In this document: one piece after another, positions 33,631-43,561 of the stretch | Layout: every line of letters begins with the position of its first letter | Numbering within the stretch: the stretch's first letter is position 1 | Assembly: GCA_021785515.1 (NCBI GenBank) | Contig: JAJYEX010000002.1 | Coordinates: 93,328-157,327 of the forward strand | From: Pseudomonadota bacterium | GTDB taxonomy: Bacteria > Pseudomonadota > Gammaproteobacteria > Acidiferrobacterales > UBA6901 | DNA length: 64,000 nt | Direction: 5' to 3' | The notes under the pieces: generated by a model | Told to the model about the DNA's origin: nothing | Seen by the model: only the letters and a program-made list of their open reading frames with translations | The model's database searches: none | Program-made: the position numbers and the translations under genes

Positions 33631-34596
33631 TTGGGCGAATTTGAGCTGATCCGGGAGTATTTCGCGCGACAGCCGGTACGGCGCGCGGACGTGGCAGTTG
33701 GCATCGGTGATGACGCGGCGGTGCTCGATCCTCCGGCCGGCTGCCAGCTGGCCGTGTCGGCAGACATGCTGGTTGCCGGCGTGCATTTTCCGCAGGACAC
33801 AGCACCGGCGGCCGTGGGCTACAAGGCGCTGGCGGTCAATCTGAGCGATCTGGCGGCGATGGGTGCGAGTCCTGCCTGGTTTACGCTCAACATCAGCCTG
33901 CCAAGGGCCGATTCTTCGTGGCTGGAAGGCTTCAGCGGAGGACTTTTCGCTCTGGCTGGTCCGTATGGCCTGCAACTGGTGGGCGGTGATACGACCCGCG
34001 GGCCACTCACGGTCGGTATCCAGATCACCGGTTTTGTGCCCAGCGGACAGGCCCTGCTCCGTAGCGGCGCCCGGGTCGGGGATGGCATCTACGTCACCGG
34101 TCCGCTCGGCGACGCGGCGCTCGGACTGATGGGCTTACAGGGGGGGGTGTCGTTGTCCAAGGCGCAACGGGACCATGTCATCGGGCGTTTGGAGCGTCCG
34201 GTTCCGCGAGTTCGCGAAGGTGCGGCCTTACGCGGTGTGGCCTCGGCGTGCATCGACATTTCCGACGGCCTGGCGGCGGATCTGGGCCACGTGCTGGCGG
34301 CGAGCGGCACGGGCGCCCGTATCGAGCTTGAGGCGTTGCCGCTGTCGCCGGTCTATCAGTCCCTCCAGGAGCAGGTCGGTTGGGGTCCGGCGGTGTCTGG
34401 CGGAGACGATTACGAACTGTGCTTTACCGTCCCTCCGTCGCGGCAGTCCAGGCTTAAGGCATTGGCGGATGAGTTGGGTTGCCGTCTGTGGCGCATAGGG
34501 GCTGTAGAAGCGCAGCCGGGGCTGCGCCTGATCGAACCCTCCGGGGCGATGTACCGACCGAATGTCCCGGGTTTCAACCATTTCTCGGCCCCGTGA
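33631..34596 (+). CDS. thiL: thiamine-monophosphate kinase
   Basis: TTG start; GEFELI, GIGDDAAV, AVNLSDLAAMGA, GGDTT motifs; nusB-thiL synteny. Confidence 0.9.
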   Translation: MGEFELIREYFARQPVRRADVAVGIGDDAAVLDPPAGCQLAVSADMLVAGVHFPQDTAPAAVGYKALAVNLSDLAAMGASPAWFTLNISLPRADSSWLEGFSGGLFALAGPYGLQLVGGDTTRGPLTVGIQITGFVPSGQALLRSGARVGDGIYVTGPLGDAALGLMGLQGGVSLSKAQRDHVIGRLERPVPRVREGAALRGVASACIDISDGLAADLGHVLAASGTGARIELEALPLSPVYQSLQEQVGWGPAVSGGDDYELCFTVPPSRQSRLKALADELGCRLWRIGAVEAQPGLRLIEPSGAMYRPNVPGFNHFSAP

Positions 34597-34783
34597 ATGA
34601 CCGCTGACGTCCTTTCCGGTCGATCGACTGGAGTCGATATGCCTGAGCAAACGGGGACTTTACGGTCCTGGGGTGGTCTGGCGGCAGGAGCCCGGCTCAG
34701 GACGGACCCGGCAGCATGGCACGTGGGGCATGCTGGCATACTCCCCAATCCGGCCGGGACCACAGCCTCGCCACAGGTGCGCC

Positions 34784-35275
34784 ATGGACGATAGCTTGAA
34801 CAGCCTGGCCCGCGCGGTCGGGCACGATCTGGGGAACGCCGGCCACGCCGTGGCGACGGCGGAGTCCTGCACCGGCGGGTGGGTGGCGCAGGTTCTGACG
34901 TCCATACCGGGGAGTTCGCGCTGGTTTGAGCGCGGGTTCATCACCTACAGCAATCTTTCGAAGCGCGAGTTGCTCGGGGTCAAGACCGACACGCTGGTCA
35001 GATTTGGTGCGGTGAGCGAACAGACCGCCCGGGCGATGGCAGAAGGGGCGCTCGCCCGAAGCCGTGCCGAGTACGCGCTCGCGGTGACGGGGATCGCAGG
35101 CCCCCAGGGGGGCACCCCGGAGAAACCCGTAGGAACTGTGTGCTTCGCCTGGGTGCGGCGGCAGCACGCCTGCCACAGCGTCACGCGTCTTTTTTCCGGA
35201 GACCGGGAGCAGATCCGCCGGCAGTCCGTGGCGGCGGCCCTGGAAGGCCTGCGCGACTACGCGATGCGGCGCTGA
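34784..35275 (+). CDS. pncC: nicotinamide-nucleotide amidohydrolase (CinA C-terminal domain only)
   Basis: ATG 34784 gives MDDSLNSLA..; TAESCTGG, SS.WF.RGF.TYSN..K, TGIAGP.GG motifs. ORF-track start 34673 adds 37 atypical residues. Confidence 0.88.
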   Translation: MDDSLNSLARAVGHDLGNAGHAVATAESCTGGWVAQVLTSIPGSSRWFERGFITYSNLSKRELLGVKTDTLVRFGAVSEQTARAMAEGALARSRAEYALAVTGIAGPQGGTPEKPVGTVCFAWVRRQHACHSVTRLFSGDREQIRRQSVAAALEGLRDYAMRR

Positions 35276-35471
35276 GGACCGTTTCCAGCGGGCCTGCATC
35301 CGGGCTTGTCATCCGGTCTCTGCCGGGGGCTAGGACTTACCGGCCCAGTTATGAAATAATCCGCCAGATATCCATTTTCTGACACGGCCGTCTCGATGTA
35401 CGGACAGCCACAGGGCGCGACGGACGCGCGCCCTAGACCACACTCGACACGGGTAATCGCGAGGACCGGCA

Positions 35472-36524
35472 ATGGACACCAATAAGGGCAAGGCGCTTAG
35501 CGCAGCATTAAGTCAGATCGAGAAGCAGTTCGGCAAGGGTTCGGTGATGCGGCTCGGCGACGGTGGGGCGATCACCAACATCGAGGTGGTGCCGACCGGT
35601 TCGCTGGGTCTGGACATTGCACTTGGCGTGGGCGGCCTGCCACGCGGCAGGGTGGTCGAGATCTATGGTCCGGAATCCTCGGGCAAAACCACACTCACGC
35701 TGCAGGTGATCGCCGAGGTCCAGAAGCTGGGCGGCACGGCGGCGTTCATTGACGCGGAGCATGCGCTGGACCCGTCGTACGCGAAGAAGCTTGGCGTCAA
35801 TATCGATGACCTGCTGGTGTCGCAGCCTGATTCGGGCGAGCAGGCTCTCGAGATCACCGACATGTTGGTGCGTTCAAGCGCTGTCGACGTGGTGGTGGTG
35901 GACTCGGTGGCTGCGCTCACGCCCAAGGCCGAGATCGAGGGCGAGATGGGCGATTCGCATATGGGCCTGCAGGCGAGGCTCATGTCGCAGGCGCTGCGCA
36001 AGCTCACCGCCAACATCAAGCGTTCCAATGCGCTGGTCATTTTCATCAACCAGATACGCATGAAGATCGGAGTGATGTTCGGCAATCCCGAGACCACAAC
36101 GGGCGGAAACGCGCTGAAGTTTTACGCCTCAGTGCGCATGGACATCCGTCGCATCGGGTCGATCAAGAAGGGCGAAGAGGTCATCGGCAACCAGACCCGT
36201 GTGAAGGTAGTCAAAAACAAGATGGCACCGCCGTTCCGGCAGTGCGAGTTCGATATTCTCTATGATGAGGGCATTTCCAAGGAAGGCGAGCTGATCGATC
36301 TCGGCGTCGCCCACGGAGTGATAGAGAAATCGGGCGCCTGGTACAGCTACGGCAAAGACCGTATTGGCCAGGGCAAGGATAATACACGCCAGTTTCTGAA
36401 GGAAAATCAGTCGATTGCCGCGGAGATCGAAACGCGTGTCCGCGAACTGACGCGCCACTTGCCGCAGGGCGGGAACGCGACCGCCGATGAGGAGCCGGGT
36501 ATCCCGCAGGAGGCTGAAGCCTGA
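35472..36524 (+). CDS. recA: recombinase A
   Basis: [46 protein letters not shown] motifs. Confidence 0.97.
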   Translation: MDTNKGKALSAALSQIEKQFGKGSVMRLGDGGAITNIEVVPTGSLGLDIALGVGGLPRGRVVEIYGPESSGKTTLTLQVIAEVQKLGGTAAFIDAEHALDPSYAKKLGVNIDDLLVSQPDSGEQALEITDMLVRSSAVDVVVVDSVAALTPKAEIEGEMGDSHMGLQARLMSQALRKLTANIKRSNALVIFINQIRMKIGVMFGNPETTTGGNALKFYASVRMDIRRIGSIKKGEEVIGNQTRVKVVKNKMAPPFRQCEFDILYDEGISKEGELIDLGVAHGVIEKSGAWYSYGKDRIGQGKDNTRQFLKENQSIAAEIETRVRELTRHLPQGGNATADEEPGIPQEAEA

Positions 36525-36589
36525 TAGCGGGTCGGCGGACCGCCGGCAATCCGCCGGATCGGACGCAGACGCGGCAGGCCGCGCTCGAC

Positions 36590-37003
36590 ATGCTTGCGCG
36601 GCGCGAACACAGCAGCGCAGAACTGCAGACAAAGCTTTATGCCAGAGGGTATCCGGAAGGGGTGGTGGAGGTGACGGTTGCGGCGCTCGAACGCGAGGGG
36701 CTCGTCTCCGACGCACGTTTCACCGAAGCGCTGCTGACCGCACGCCGTGCGCGCGGTTATGGGCCGGTGCGCATACGTTACGAACTGGAGCAGAAAGGTG
36801 TCTGCGGGGAACTCATTGATCGGTGTCTGGATGATGCGGATGCCGGCTGGATAGAACAGGTTCGACGGGTGCGTGAGAAAAAGTTTGGCAGGCAGCAACC
36901 GGGAGACTTCGCAGAGCGGGCGCGCCAGATGCGTTTCCTGCAGCAGCGTGGCTATACCCATGATCAGATCAGGCGGGCGCTGAACGCTGACGACCTGGAC
37001 TGA
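36590..37003 (+). CDS. recX: recombination regulator RecX
   Basis: [15 protein letters not shown], three-helix repeats, recA-recX-alaS synteny. Frame is open from 36518, but no ATG/GTG/TTG lies upstream of ATG 36590, so the N-terminus is short or uses an unusual start. Confidence 0.8.
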   Translation: MLARREHSSAELQTKLYARGYPEGVVEVTVAALEREGLVSDARFTEALLTARRARGYGPVRIRYELEQKGVCGELIDRCLDDADAGWIEQVRRVREKKFGRQQPGDFAERARQMRFLQQRGYTHDQIRRALNADDLD

Positions 37004-37028
37004 ACAGGCAGGTTCTGATTCCTATCCC

Positions 37029-39620
37029 ATGAAAAGTACCGAGATCCGCGAGCTTTTTCTGCGTTTCTTCGAACGTCACGGCCATACCGTCGTGGCCTCG
37101 AGCTCGCTCGTGCCGGGCAACGATCCGACCTTGCTGTTCACCAACGCCGGCATGGTGCAGTTCAAGGATGTTTTTCTCGGGCTGGAAAAGCGTTCCTATG
37201 TGCGGGCGGCAAGCGCGCAACGCTGCGTGCGCGCGGGCGGCAAGCACAACGATCTTGAAAACGTCGGGTATACCGCGCGCCATCATACCTTTTTTGAGAT
37301 GTTGGGGAATTTCAGTTTCGGTGACTATTTCAAGCGCGAGGCCATCCGGTTCGCCTGGGAGTTCCTGACGGAGGAGCTGCATCTGCCGCCAGAGCGTCTG
37401 TGGGTGACCGTGTATGTCGATGACGCTGAAGCAGCGGACATATGGCTCAAGGAGATAAAGGTCGACCCTGCCAGGTTTGCGCGCATAAGCGGCACCGACA
37501 ATTTCTGGTCGATGGGCGATACTGGGCCGTGCGGACCCTGCTCCGAGATCTTCTATGATCATGGCCCCAAAGTGGCCGGGGGGCCGCCCGGTAGCGCGGA
37601 TGCAGACGGGGACCGCTACATCGAAATTTGGAACCTGGTCTTCATGCAGTACAACCGCGACGCGCATGGAACGCTGCACAGCCTGCCGAAACCATCTGTG
37701 GATACCGGCATGGGGCTGGAGCGCATCAGCGCTGTCATACAGGGAGTGCACAGCAATTACGATATAGATCTGTTCCAGGGCCTCATCCGTGACGCGGCGA
37801 AAATCGTCAATACGCGCGATTTCGGGGACAAGTCTCTCAATGTTATCGCTGATCATATCCGCTCGTGCGCGTTTCTGATTACCGATGGCGTGATGCCTTC
37901 CAACGAGGGCCGGGGTTACGTCCTGCGCCGCATCATCCGCCGTGCGGTACGCCATGGGCACCGGCTCGGAGCAGAAGGCCCGTTTTTTTACCGGCTGGTG
38001 GAACCTCTGGTTCGGGAGATGGGTCAGGCCTATCCGGAGCTCGGCCGTGCCCGTCGACAGGTGGAGCACGTTCTGCGTCTGGAGGAAGAGCGCTTCGCCG
38101 AGACCCTGGCGCAGGGACTGCGCATCCTCGAAGAGGATCTCGGCGCCCTGAAAACCGATGTCATTCCCGGGGAGACGATTTTCCGGCTCTATGATACCTA
38201 CGGATTTCCGGTGGACCTCACTGGGGACATCGCGCGTGAACGCGGACTCGTGCTCGATCTCGCGGGATTTGAAAAGCAGATGGAAGCGCAGCGGCAGCGC
38301 GCGCGCGAGGCGTCTACGTTCAAGGCCGTCGGAGTCCTTCCTGAAGACGCCGGGGTAGCGGTCGCCGAATTTTCAGGCTATGACACGCTGCACACCGAGT
38401 CCACCGTGATGGCGATCCGCCGCGGCGATGCCCAGGTTGGGGAGCTGGCCGCCGGGGAAGAGGGTGTGGTGTTCCTTGACCGCACTCCCTTCTATGCGGA
38501 GAGCGGTGGCCAGGTCGGTGACCGGGGGGTGTTGTCCGGAGCGGGGCGGTTCCTCGTAGAGGACACGCACAAGGGCTATGGCCATATCGGCCGGCTCGAA
38601 AGCGGTACGTTGCAGGTCGGCGCGCGCGTATCCTGCGACGTGGATCGCGGGCGGCGCCTGGCAACGGCGTTCAATCACTCGGCAACGCATCTGCTTCATG
38701 CGGCCCTCAGAGCCGTGCTGGGATCGCATGTGACGCAGAAGGGATCTCTGGTCGAGCCCGAGCGTCTGCGATTCGATTTCAGTCACAATGAGCCGCTTAC
38801 GCGCGCACAGATCGACGAGATCGAGCGGTTGGTGAACGAAGAGATACGAGCCAACGATTTAGTGGAGACGCGTGTCATGCCGATTGCCAAGGCCATGGAG
38901 TCTGGTGCCATGGCGCTGTTCGGCGAAAAGTACGGCGACGACGTGCGGGTAGTGGGCATGGGCGGGTTTTCAACCGAGCTCTGTGGTGGCACTCACGTGC
39001 GCCGAACGGGCGATATCGGGTTCTTCAAGATCCTTGCCGAAGGCGGCGTGGCCGCCGGCGTGCGGCGTGTCGAAGCGGTTACCGGTCAGGGAGCGCTGGA
39101 CCATGTCCGCGATATCGAGCAGAAGCTTGCCAGAGTTGCGGATCTGGTACGCGGGAACCGGGATGATGTCGAGCGCAAGGTGGAACAGCTGAGTGGCCGG
39201 CTGCGGCAGATGGAGAAAGAACTCGACGTGTTCCGCGGACGCCTCGCCGTCAGTCAGGGCGACGCTCTGGCTGACTCGGTGCGCGAGGTCAAGGGCATCA
39301 AGGTCGTTGCCACACGCATGGACGGGGCTGACAGCAAGGCGCTGCGCGAAGCGATGGACCGGCTTAAGGACAAGCTTGGCAGTGCCGCAATCGTGCTGGC
39401 TTCGGTGCAGGATGGCAACAAGGTCACCCTGATCTCGGGCGTCACCAAGGATCTGCTGGGCCGGCTGCACGCCGGAGAAATCGTCAATGAAGTCGCGAGT
39501 CGTGTGGGCGGGAAGGGCGGTGGCCGGCCGGATATGGCCCAGGCCGGCGGTAACAACCCTGCGGCACTGGACGCGGCGCTAGCCCAGGTTCACGATTGGA
39601 TTGCACGTAAACTTCAGTAA
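37029..39620 (+). CDS. alaS: alanine--tRNA ligase
   Basis: 863 aa; [23 protein letters not shown], editing-domain HSATHLLH, C-terminal DHHA1 domain. Confidence 0.97.
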   Translation: MKSTEIRELFLRFFERHGHTVVASSSLVPGNDPTLLFTNAGMVQFKDVFLGLEKRSYVRAASAQRCVRAGGKHNDLENVGYTARHHTFFEMLGNFSFGDYFKREAIRFAWEFLTEELHLPPERLWVTVYVDDAEAADIWLKEIKVDPARFARISGTDNFWSMGDTGPCGPCSEIFYDHGPKVAGGPPGSADADGDRYIEIWNLVFMQYNRDAHGTLHSLPKPSVDTGMGLERISAVIQGVHSNYDIDLFQGLIRDAAKIVNTRDFGDKSLNVIADHIRSCAFLITDGVMPSNEGRGYVLRRIIRRAVRHGHRLGAEGPFFYRLVEPLVREMGQAYPELGRARRQVEHVLRLEEERFAETLAQGLRILEEDLGALKTDVIPGETIFRLYDTYGFPVDLTGDIARERGLVLDLAGFEKQMEAQRQRAREASTFKAVGVLPEDAGVAVAEFSGYDTLHTESTVMAIRRGDAQVGELAAGEEGVVFLDRTPFYAESGGQVGDRGVLSGAGRFLVEDTHKGYGHIGRLESGTLQVGARVSCDVDRGRRLATAFNHSATHLLHAALRAVLGSHVTQKGSLVEPERLRFDFSHNEPLTRAQIDEIERLVNEEIRANDLVETRVMPIAKAMESGAMALFGEKYGDDVRVVGMGGFSTELCGGTHVRRTGDIGFFKILAEGGVAAGVRRVEAVTGQGALDHVRDIEQKLARVADLVRGNRDDVERKVEQLSGRLRQMEKELDVFRGRLAVSQGDALADSVREVKGIKVVATRMDGADSKALREAMDRLKDKLGSAAIVLASVQDGNKVTLISGVTKDLLGRLHAGEIVNEVASRVGGKGGGRPDMAQAGGNNPAALDAALAQVHDWIARKLQ

Positions 39621-39773
39621 ACCCCCTGTCCCCGGGGCGGGTGAAAAACACCGCCGCATGTGTTTACTCTTTAGGCAAAACAGGGTTTAATCTGCGGTTT
39701 TTTTCCAGGGCCATGGTTGCGGGCGGCTAGCGTCCGAATGGTAGCCGGCGCAGGGTGGTGTTGTGAAGAAGAT

Positions 39774-41003
39774 ATGGCATTGATCGTTCAGAAATACGGT
39801 GGCACCTCAGTGGGGAGCCCTGAGCGCATTCAGTCGGTCGCCGAGAAGGTGGCGCGTCGGCGCGCATCGGGAGACGACATGGTGGTCGTGGTCTCGGCGA
39901 TGAGCGGGGAAACAGACCGCCTGCTTGCGCTCGGCCGAAGCGTTCATCCGCAGGCTCCGGCACGCGAGCTCGACGTGCTGATTTCGACTGGCGAGCAGGT
40001 GACTATCGCCCTTCTCAGTATGGCGCTTGAGCGCTGCGGGTGTGCGGCCCGGTCCTACACCGGCAGTCAGGTGCATATTCGCACGGATAATGTGCACGGA
40101 AAGGCCCGAATTCTGGGTATTGACGACGTTCGCGTTCGTGAGGATCTCGGCAAGGGCAGGGTGGTGGTGGTTGCAGGTTTCCAGGGTGTCGATGAGGACG
40201 GAAATATAACGACGTTGGGCCGCGGGGGATCGGACACCACGGCGGTGGCCATGGCTGCGGCGCTCAAGGCCGATGAGTGTCAGATCTACACCGATGTCGA
40301 TGGAGTCTATACCACTGATCCGCGCATCGTTCCGAACGCGCGCAGGCTGGACCGTATTACCGCGGAAGAAATGCTGGAAATGGCCAGTCTTGGCGCCAAG
40401 GTTCTCCAGATCCGGTCCGTGGAGTTTGCGGGCAAGTATCGGGTGCCGCTGCGGGTGCTGTCGTCATTCGAAGAGGGGCCTGGAACGCTAATTACGTACG
40501 AGGAGAACGAGATGGAAGCCCCGCTGATTTCGGGCATCGCCTTCAGTCGCGATGAGGCCAAGGTAACGGTCCGGGGCGTCCCGGATAAACCGGGCATCGC
40601 TGCACGTATCTTGGGCGATATCGGCGGCGCCAGCATCAACGTCGACATGATTGTACAGAACGTTGGCGCGGATGGGACCACGGATTTCACATTTACCGTC
40701 CATCGCGGAGACTACCGCCAGGCTTTAGAAATACTCAAAAAGACCGCTGGACAATTAGCGGCACGCGAAGTGACGGGGGACGACAAGATCGCCAAGATAT
40801 CCGTGGTAGGCGTCGGCATGCGTTCCCATGCCGGGATTGCGGGTACCATGTTCAAGGCCCTGGCGGAAGAGGGTATCAATATCCAGATGATTTCCACGTC
40901 GGAGATCAAAATCTCCGTGGTGGTAGACGAAAAATACCTGGAATTGGGGGTACGAACGTTACATGCTGCGTTCGAACTCGATAAACAGCCGGCCGTCGGA
41001 TAG
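39774..41003 (+). CDS. lysC: aspartate kinase
   Basis: ATG 39774 gives MALIVQKYGGTSVG; VVVSAM, TLGRGGSDTTA, tandem C-terminal ACT domains. ORF-track start 39717 adds 19 atypical residues. Confidence 0.92.
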   Translation: MALIVQKYGGTSVGSPERIQSVAEKVARRRASGDDMVVVVSAMSGETDRLLALGRSVHPQAPARELDVLISTGEQVTIALLSMALERCGCAARSYTGSQVHIRTDNVHGKARILGIDDVRVREDLGKGRVVVVAGFQGVDEDGNITTLGRGGSDTTAVAMAAALKADECQIYTDVDGVYTTDPRIVPNARRLDRITAEEMLEMASLGAKVLQIRSVEFAGKYRVPLRVLSSFEEGPGTLITYEENEMEAPLISGIAFSRDEAKVTVRGVPDKPGIAARILGDIGGASINVDMIVQNVGADGTTDFTFTVHRGDYRQALEILKKTAGQLAAREVTGDDKIAKISVVGVGMRSHAGIAGTMFKALAEEGINIQMISTSEIKISVVVDEKYLELGVRTLHAAFELDKQPAVG

Positions 41004-41308
41004 ATAAGTTCAGGCGGTTGGCACGGAAGCTGCATGCTAGGCGGATAAGCCCAAAACCGGTGTTGGCGGCGAATGGACGGAAAGGCGATTCCCGCTGCCG
41101 GCCTGCCGGCTGTGGGAATGGTTCCAGAGTATAGGTGTTTCAGGGTTATCTCGGCCGCCAATCATGGAAGGTTGCCATGGCGGCATCAAACAAGGCTCAA
41201 AAACAACAGGGATGGTTGAGCGGTCGATCTGGATCGATAGGCCGTAACGTTTGCTTGCGGGTTGATTCTTTGGATAGCTACTGAACGAATTGTAAGGAGC
41301 GCAGCGCA

Positions 41309-41524
41309 ATGCTGATTCTAACCAGAAGGATAGGCGAAACTCTGAATATCGGTGACGACGTTCAGGTTACGGTACTTGGGATCAAGGGAAATCAGGTGCG
41401 TCTCGGGGTGAACGCACCGAAGGAAATTCCAGTGCATCGCGAAGAAATCTATGAGCGGATCAAGAAGGAAAAGGAGACTGGTGTCGTAGTGGTGCAGGAC
41501 ACCGATAAGCAGCATACGGGTTGA
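41309..41524 (+). CDS. csrA: carbon storage regulator CsrA
   Basis: [48 protein letters not shown]; SD AAGGAG 8 nt upstream. Confidence 0.96.
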   Translation: MLILTRRIGETLNIGDDVQVTVLGIKGNQVRLGVNAPKEIPVHREEIYERIKKEKETGVVVVQDTDKQHTG

Positions 41525-41596
41525 TTGTGCCTGATGGCAGTGGGGTATTCCTTTACCCGGTTGCCGGGTCCATGTATCCTTGCGACCGCAACTAAA

Positions 41597-41690
41597 GGAG
41601 AGATGGCCGAGCTGGTCGAAGGCGCTCCCCTGCTAAGGGAGTATGGGGTCAAAAGCCCCATCGAGGGTTCGAATCCCTCTCTCTCCGCCA
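41597..41690 (+). tRNA. tRNA-Ser (anticodon GCT)
   Basis: GGAGAGATGGCCGAG...CTGCTAA anticodon loop, long variable arm, GGTTCGAATCC T-loop, TCTCTCCGCCA 3' end. Confidence 0.9.
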
Positions 41691-41878
41691 GTTCCTGCAA
41701 GTGGCGGACCTGAGTGGGTCACGTGCAGGACGGAGGAAATTTTCACCCGCCAGATTTAGGTGCAAAACTGAGCCTCAGTTGAACGGTATTTGAGGTGAGC
41801 CATCGGGTCTCGGCGTACGGAATGGCTCTAGTTCAGGTGGTAGGCACAGACCCAAGTCGGTAATTGTATTGTTGTTTG

Positions 41879-41907
41879 TTGACACGTCTGTGTGCCCTCC
41901 GGATAAT
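41879..41907 (+). promoter_or_regulatory. candidate sigma70 promoter for tRNA-Arg
   Basis: TTGACA (41879-41884), 17-nt spacer, GATAAT (41902-41907), 25 nt upstream of the tRNA 5' end. Confidence 0.55.
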
Positions 41908-41932
41908 TCGGCACCCTGTGTATTCCTAAATT

Positions 41933-42009
41933 GCGCCCGTAGCTCAGCTGGATAGAGTACCTGGCTACGAACCAGGTGGTCGGGAGTTCGAATCTCTCCG
42001 GGCGCGCCA
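41933..42009 (+). tRNA. tRNA-Arg (anticodon ACG)
   Basis: GCGCCCGTAGCTCAGCTGGATAGAGTACCTGGCTACGAACCAGGTGGTCGGGAGTTCGAATCTCTCCGGGCGCGCCA; standard 77-nt cloverleaf; csrA-tRNA-Ser-tRNA-Arg order as in E. coli (csrA-serV-argV). Confidence 0.93.
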
Positions 42010-42102
42010 GTTTTTCAAACACTTACATCTCTTCGGCGACACAGAAACCAAGCGGTTGTGCCAGATTTGTGTCAGGCTTCCTGCCCCTGATGCGTTACCA
42101 AC
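41968..42102 (+). repeat. direct repeat copy 1 (tRNA-Arg 3' portion plus 93 nt downstream, including the integrase 3' end)
   Basis: About 90% identical by eye to 45575-45709. The tRNA-derived part recurs a third time at 47202-47246. Confidence 0.85.
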
Positions 42103-42431
42103 TCCAGTGTCCGTATTATCGGTACGTCCACTGTATGCGGCCGGGCGATCGTTTCCGCGTGTTTGGCCAGATGTTCGGCAGAGAGGTGTGCGTACTTGCG
42201 CACCGTCTCGGATGACTCCCAGCCATCCAGCTCCTGTAACGCACTCCGGGGTGTTCCGGCCTGAACGTGCCACGAGGCCCAGGTGTGGCTCAGGTCGTAC
42301 CAGCGGAAATTATCGATGCCGGCACGCTTGAGCGCTTTGCGCCAGGCGTGGTTGTTTGCCTTACCGACACGTTTGCCTTGCCGGAAATCTCTAGCTCCCA
42401 CTGCTCGGTTTGTGGGGAGGAGGTCAGCCAC
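42072..42431 (-). pseudogene. tyrosine recombinase (phage-type integrase), C-terminal fragment only, catalytic residues mutated
   Basis: NHAWRKALKRAGIDNFRWYDLSHTWASWHVQAGTP..LQELDGWES.ETVRKYAHL aligns to the integrase catalytic box. It has YDLS where the family has HDLR (His-II and Arg-II lost). About 200 N-terminal residues are missing. Confidence 0.8.
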
Positions 42432-42500
42432 GTGGACGATCCAATAGTCTTAAGTGGCATGGCTTAGGCCTGTTCACGTGACGGCATCAATCGGGTGCTC

Positions 42501-43442
42501 TCAGGGCTGGTGCCCAAGCCGTACTGCCATGTTCGGGTGACGGTCGGCCAGCGCTTTCAGACGTTGCAGGTTTTCCAGGTTGCGGTCATTGTCGTCGGTG
42601 TAGGTGCCAGGCTCCACGCCGTGCTCCCAGCCCCAGCGGGTGTGCGAGGTGTCTCCGCTGAGCAGCACCGGGCCATGCGGGGTGCGCACTGCATAAGCCA
42701 CGCTGCCCGGTGTGTGACCGGGTACGCTGATGGCGAATACGGAGCCGTCGCCGAATACATCCAGCACCCCGTCGAATTTACCCTGCGGGTCCGGCCGAAA
42801 GCGCCATTCGCGCAGCGGCTTTCCTGCCAGCAGATTGTTGGTGCTGCGTCTGGTAAAGATGTATTTGAAGCTGCGCTCTGCGGTGGCTTCCGGCCAGCTA
42901 ATATACAGGGGTGTGCCGGCGGGAACATCCGGTGTGCCTGCGATGTGGTCCAGGTGCAGGTGGGTAAAGAAAACACCTGCCAGCGGACCGTTCAACTCCT
43001 GCAAAATCTCGACGGTGCTTTTCCGGATCCTGAGCTTGTTTGTGTGCATCACCGCCCGCACTAACCAGCCCACGCCTGAGCCGGTCGGATCGTCCACCAG
43101 CTTTCTCGAGATGCCGGTGTCCACGAGAAAGTTGCCGTATTTCGGATGCTTCAGTACGTGGACATATACCTGTATCGGCTCCTCGCGATCTTGCAGTCCG
43201 GCTGCAATCGCGGCGGGCCGCTTTAGATTGACCATGCCCGCGAGTGATACCGACCAGTCGGCGCTGACCACGGTCTCCAGCGTCACCGGTCCGGGTTGGT
43301 CGAGCAGGCGTTCCATTTCAGCACTGCCCGAGAGCCTGCCCATGGCAGCGTCCGTCACCGGATGGCCAGTCACCGCGCAGCCTCGTAGCAGCAGGGTGGG
43401 CGCGGACACAAATGCATCAAAAAGGGCGTACGTGGTTTTCAT
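42501..43442 (-). CDS. MBL-fold metallo-hydrolase
   Basis: ATG 43442 (MKTTYALF) preceded by GAGGA; HLHLDHIAG metal motif, VPGHTPGS, downstream SGDT..H. Confidence 0.82.
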   Translation of the reverse strand: MKTTYALFDAFVSAPTLLLRGCAVTGHPVTDAAMGRLSGSAEMERLLDQPGPVTLETVVSADWSVSLAGMVNLKRPAAIAAGLQDREEPIQVYVHVLKHPKYGNFLVDTGISRKLVDDPTGSGVGWLVRAVMHTNKLRIRKSTVEILQELNGPLAGVFFTHLHLDHIAGTPDVPAGTPLYISWPEATAERSFKYIFTRRSTNNLLAGKPLREWRFRPDPQGKFDGVLDVFGDGSVFAISVPGHTPGSVAYAVRTPHGPVLLSGDTSHTRWGWEHGVEPGTYTDDNDRNLENLQRLKALADRHPNMAVRLGHQP

Positions 43443-43561
43443 GCAATCCTCGATACGGTTCGTTTGGTTTGTTGATACTCTCCCATGCAAAATCAGTTGG
43501 CAATTGACAAAATGCTGATAGCATCATCCATTTTCGGATGGATTGCGGAGGAGAGGTGAGC

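Noticed and set aside
34597-34794. 65-aa ORF in the slot where pgpA usually follows thiL
   Set aside because: The translation has no similarity to PgpA, is not hydrophobic, and overlaps the pncC start region. pgpA appears simply absent from this locus.
35276-35471. LexA (SOS) box upstream of recA
   Set aside because: No CTGT-N8-ACAG or other recognisable LexA palindrome was found by eye in the 196-nt upstream region.
39621-39773. Lysine riboswitch or terminator between alaS and lysC
   Set aside because: The region is too short and lacks the L-box conserved cores. A GGCGGGTG-A5-CACCGCC hairpin exists but has a bulge and no following T-run, so it was not called as a terminator.
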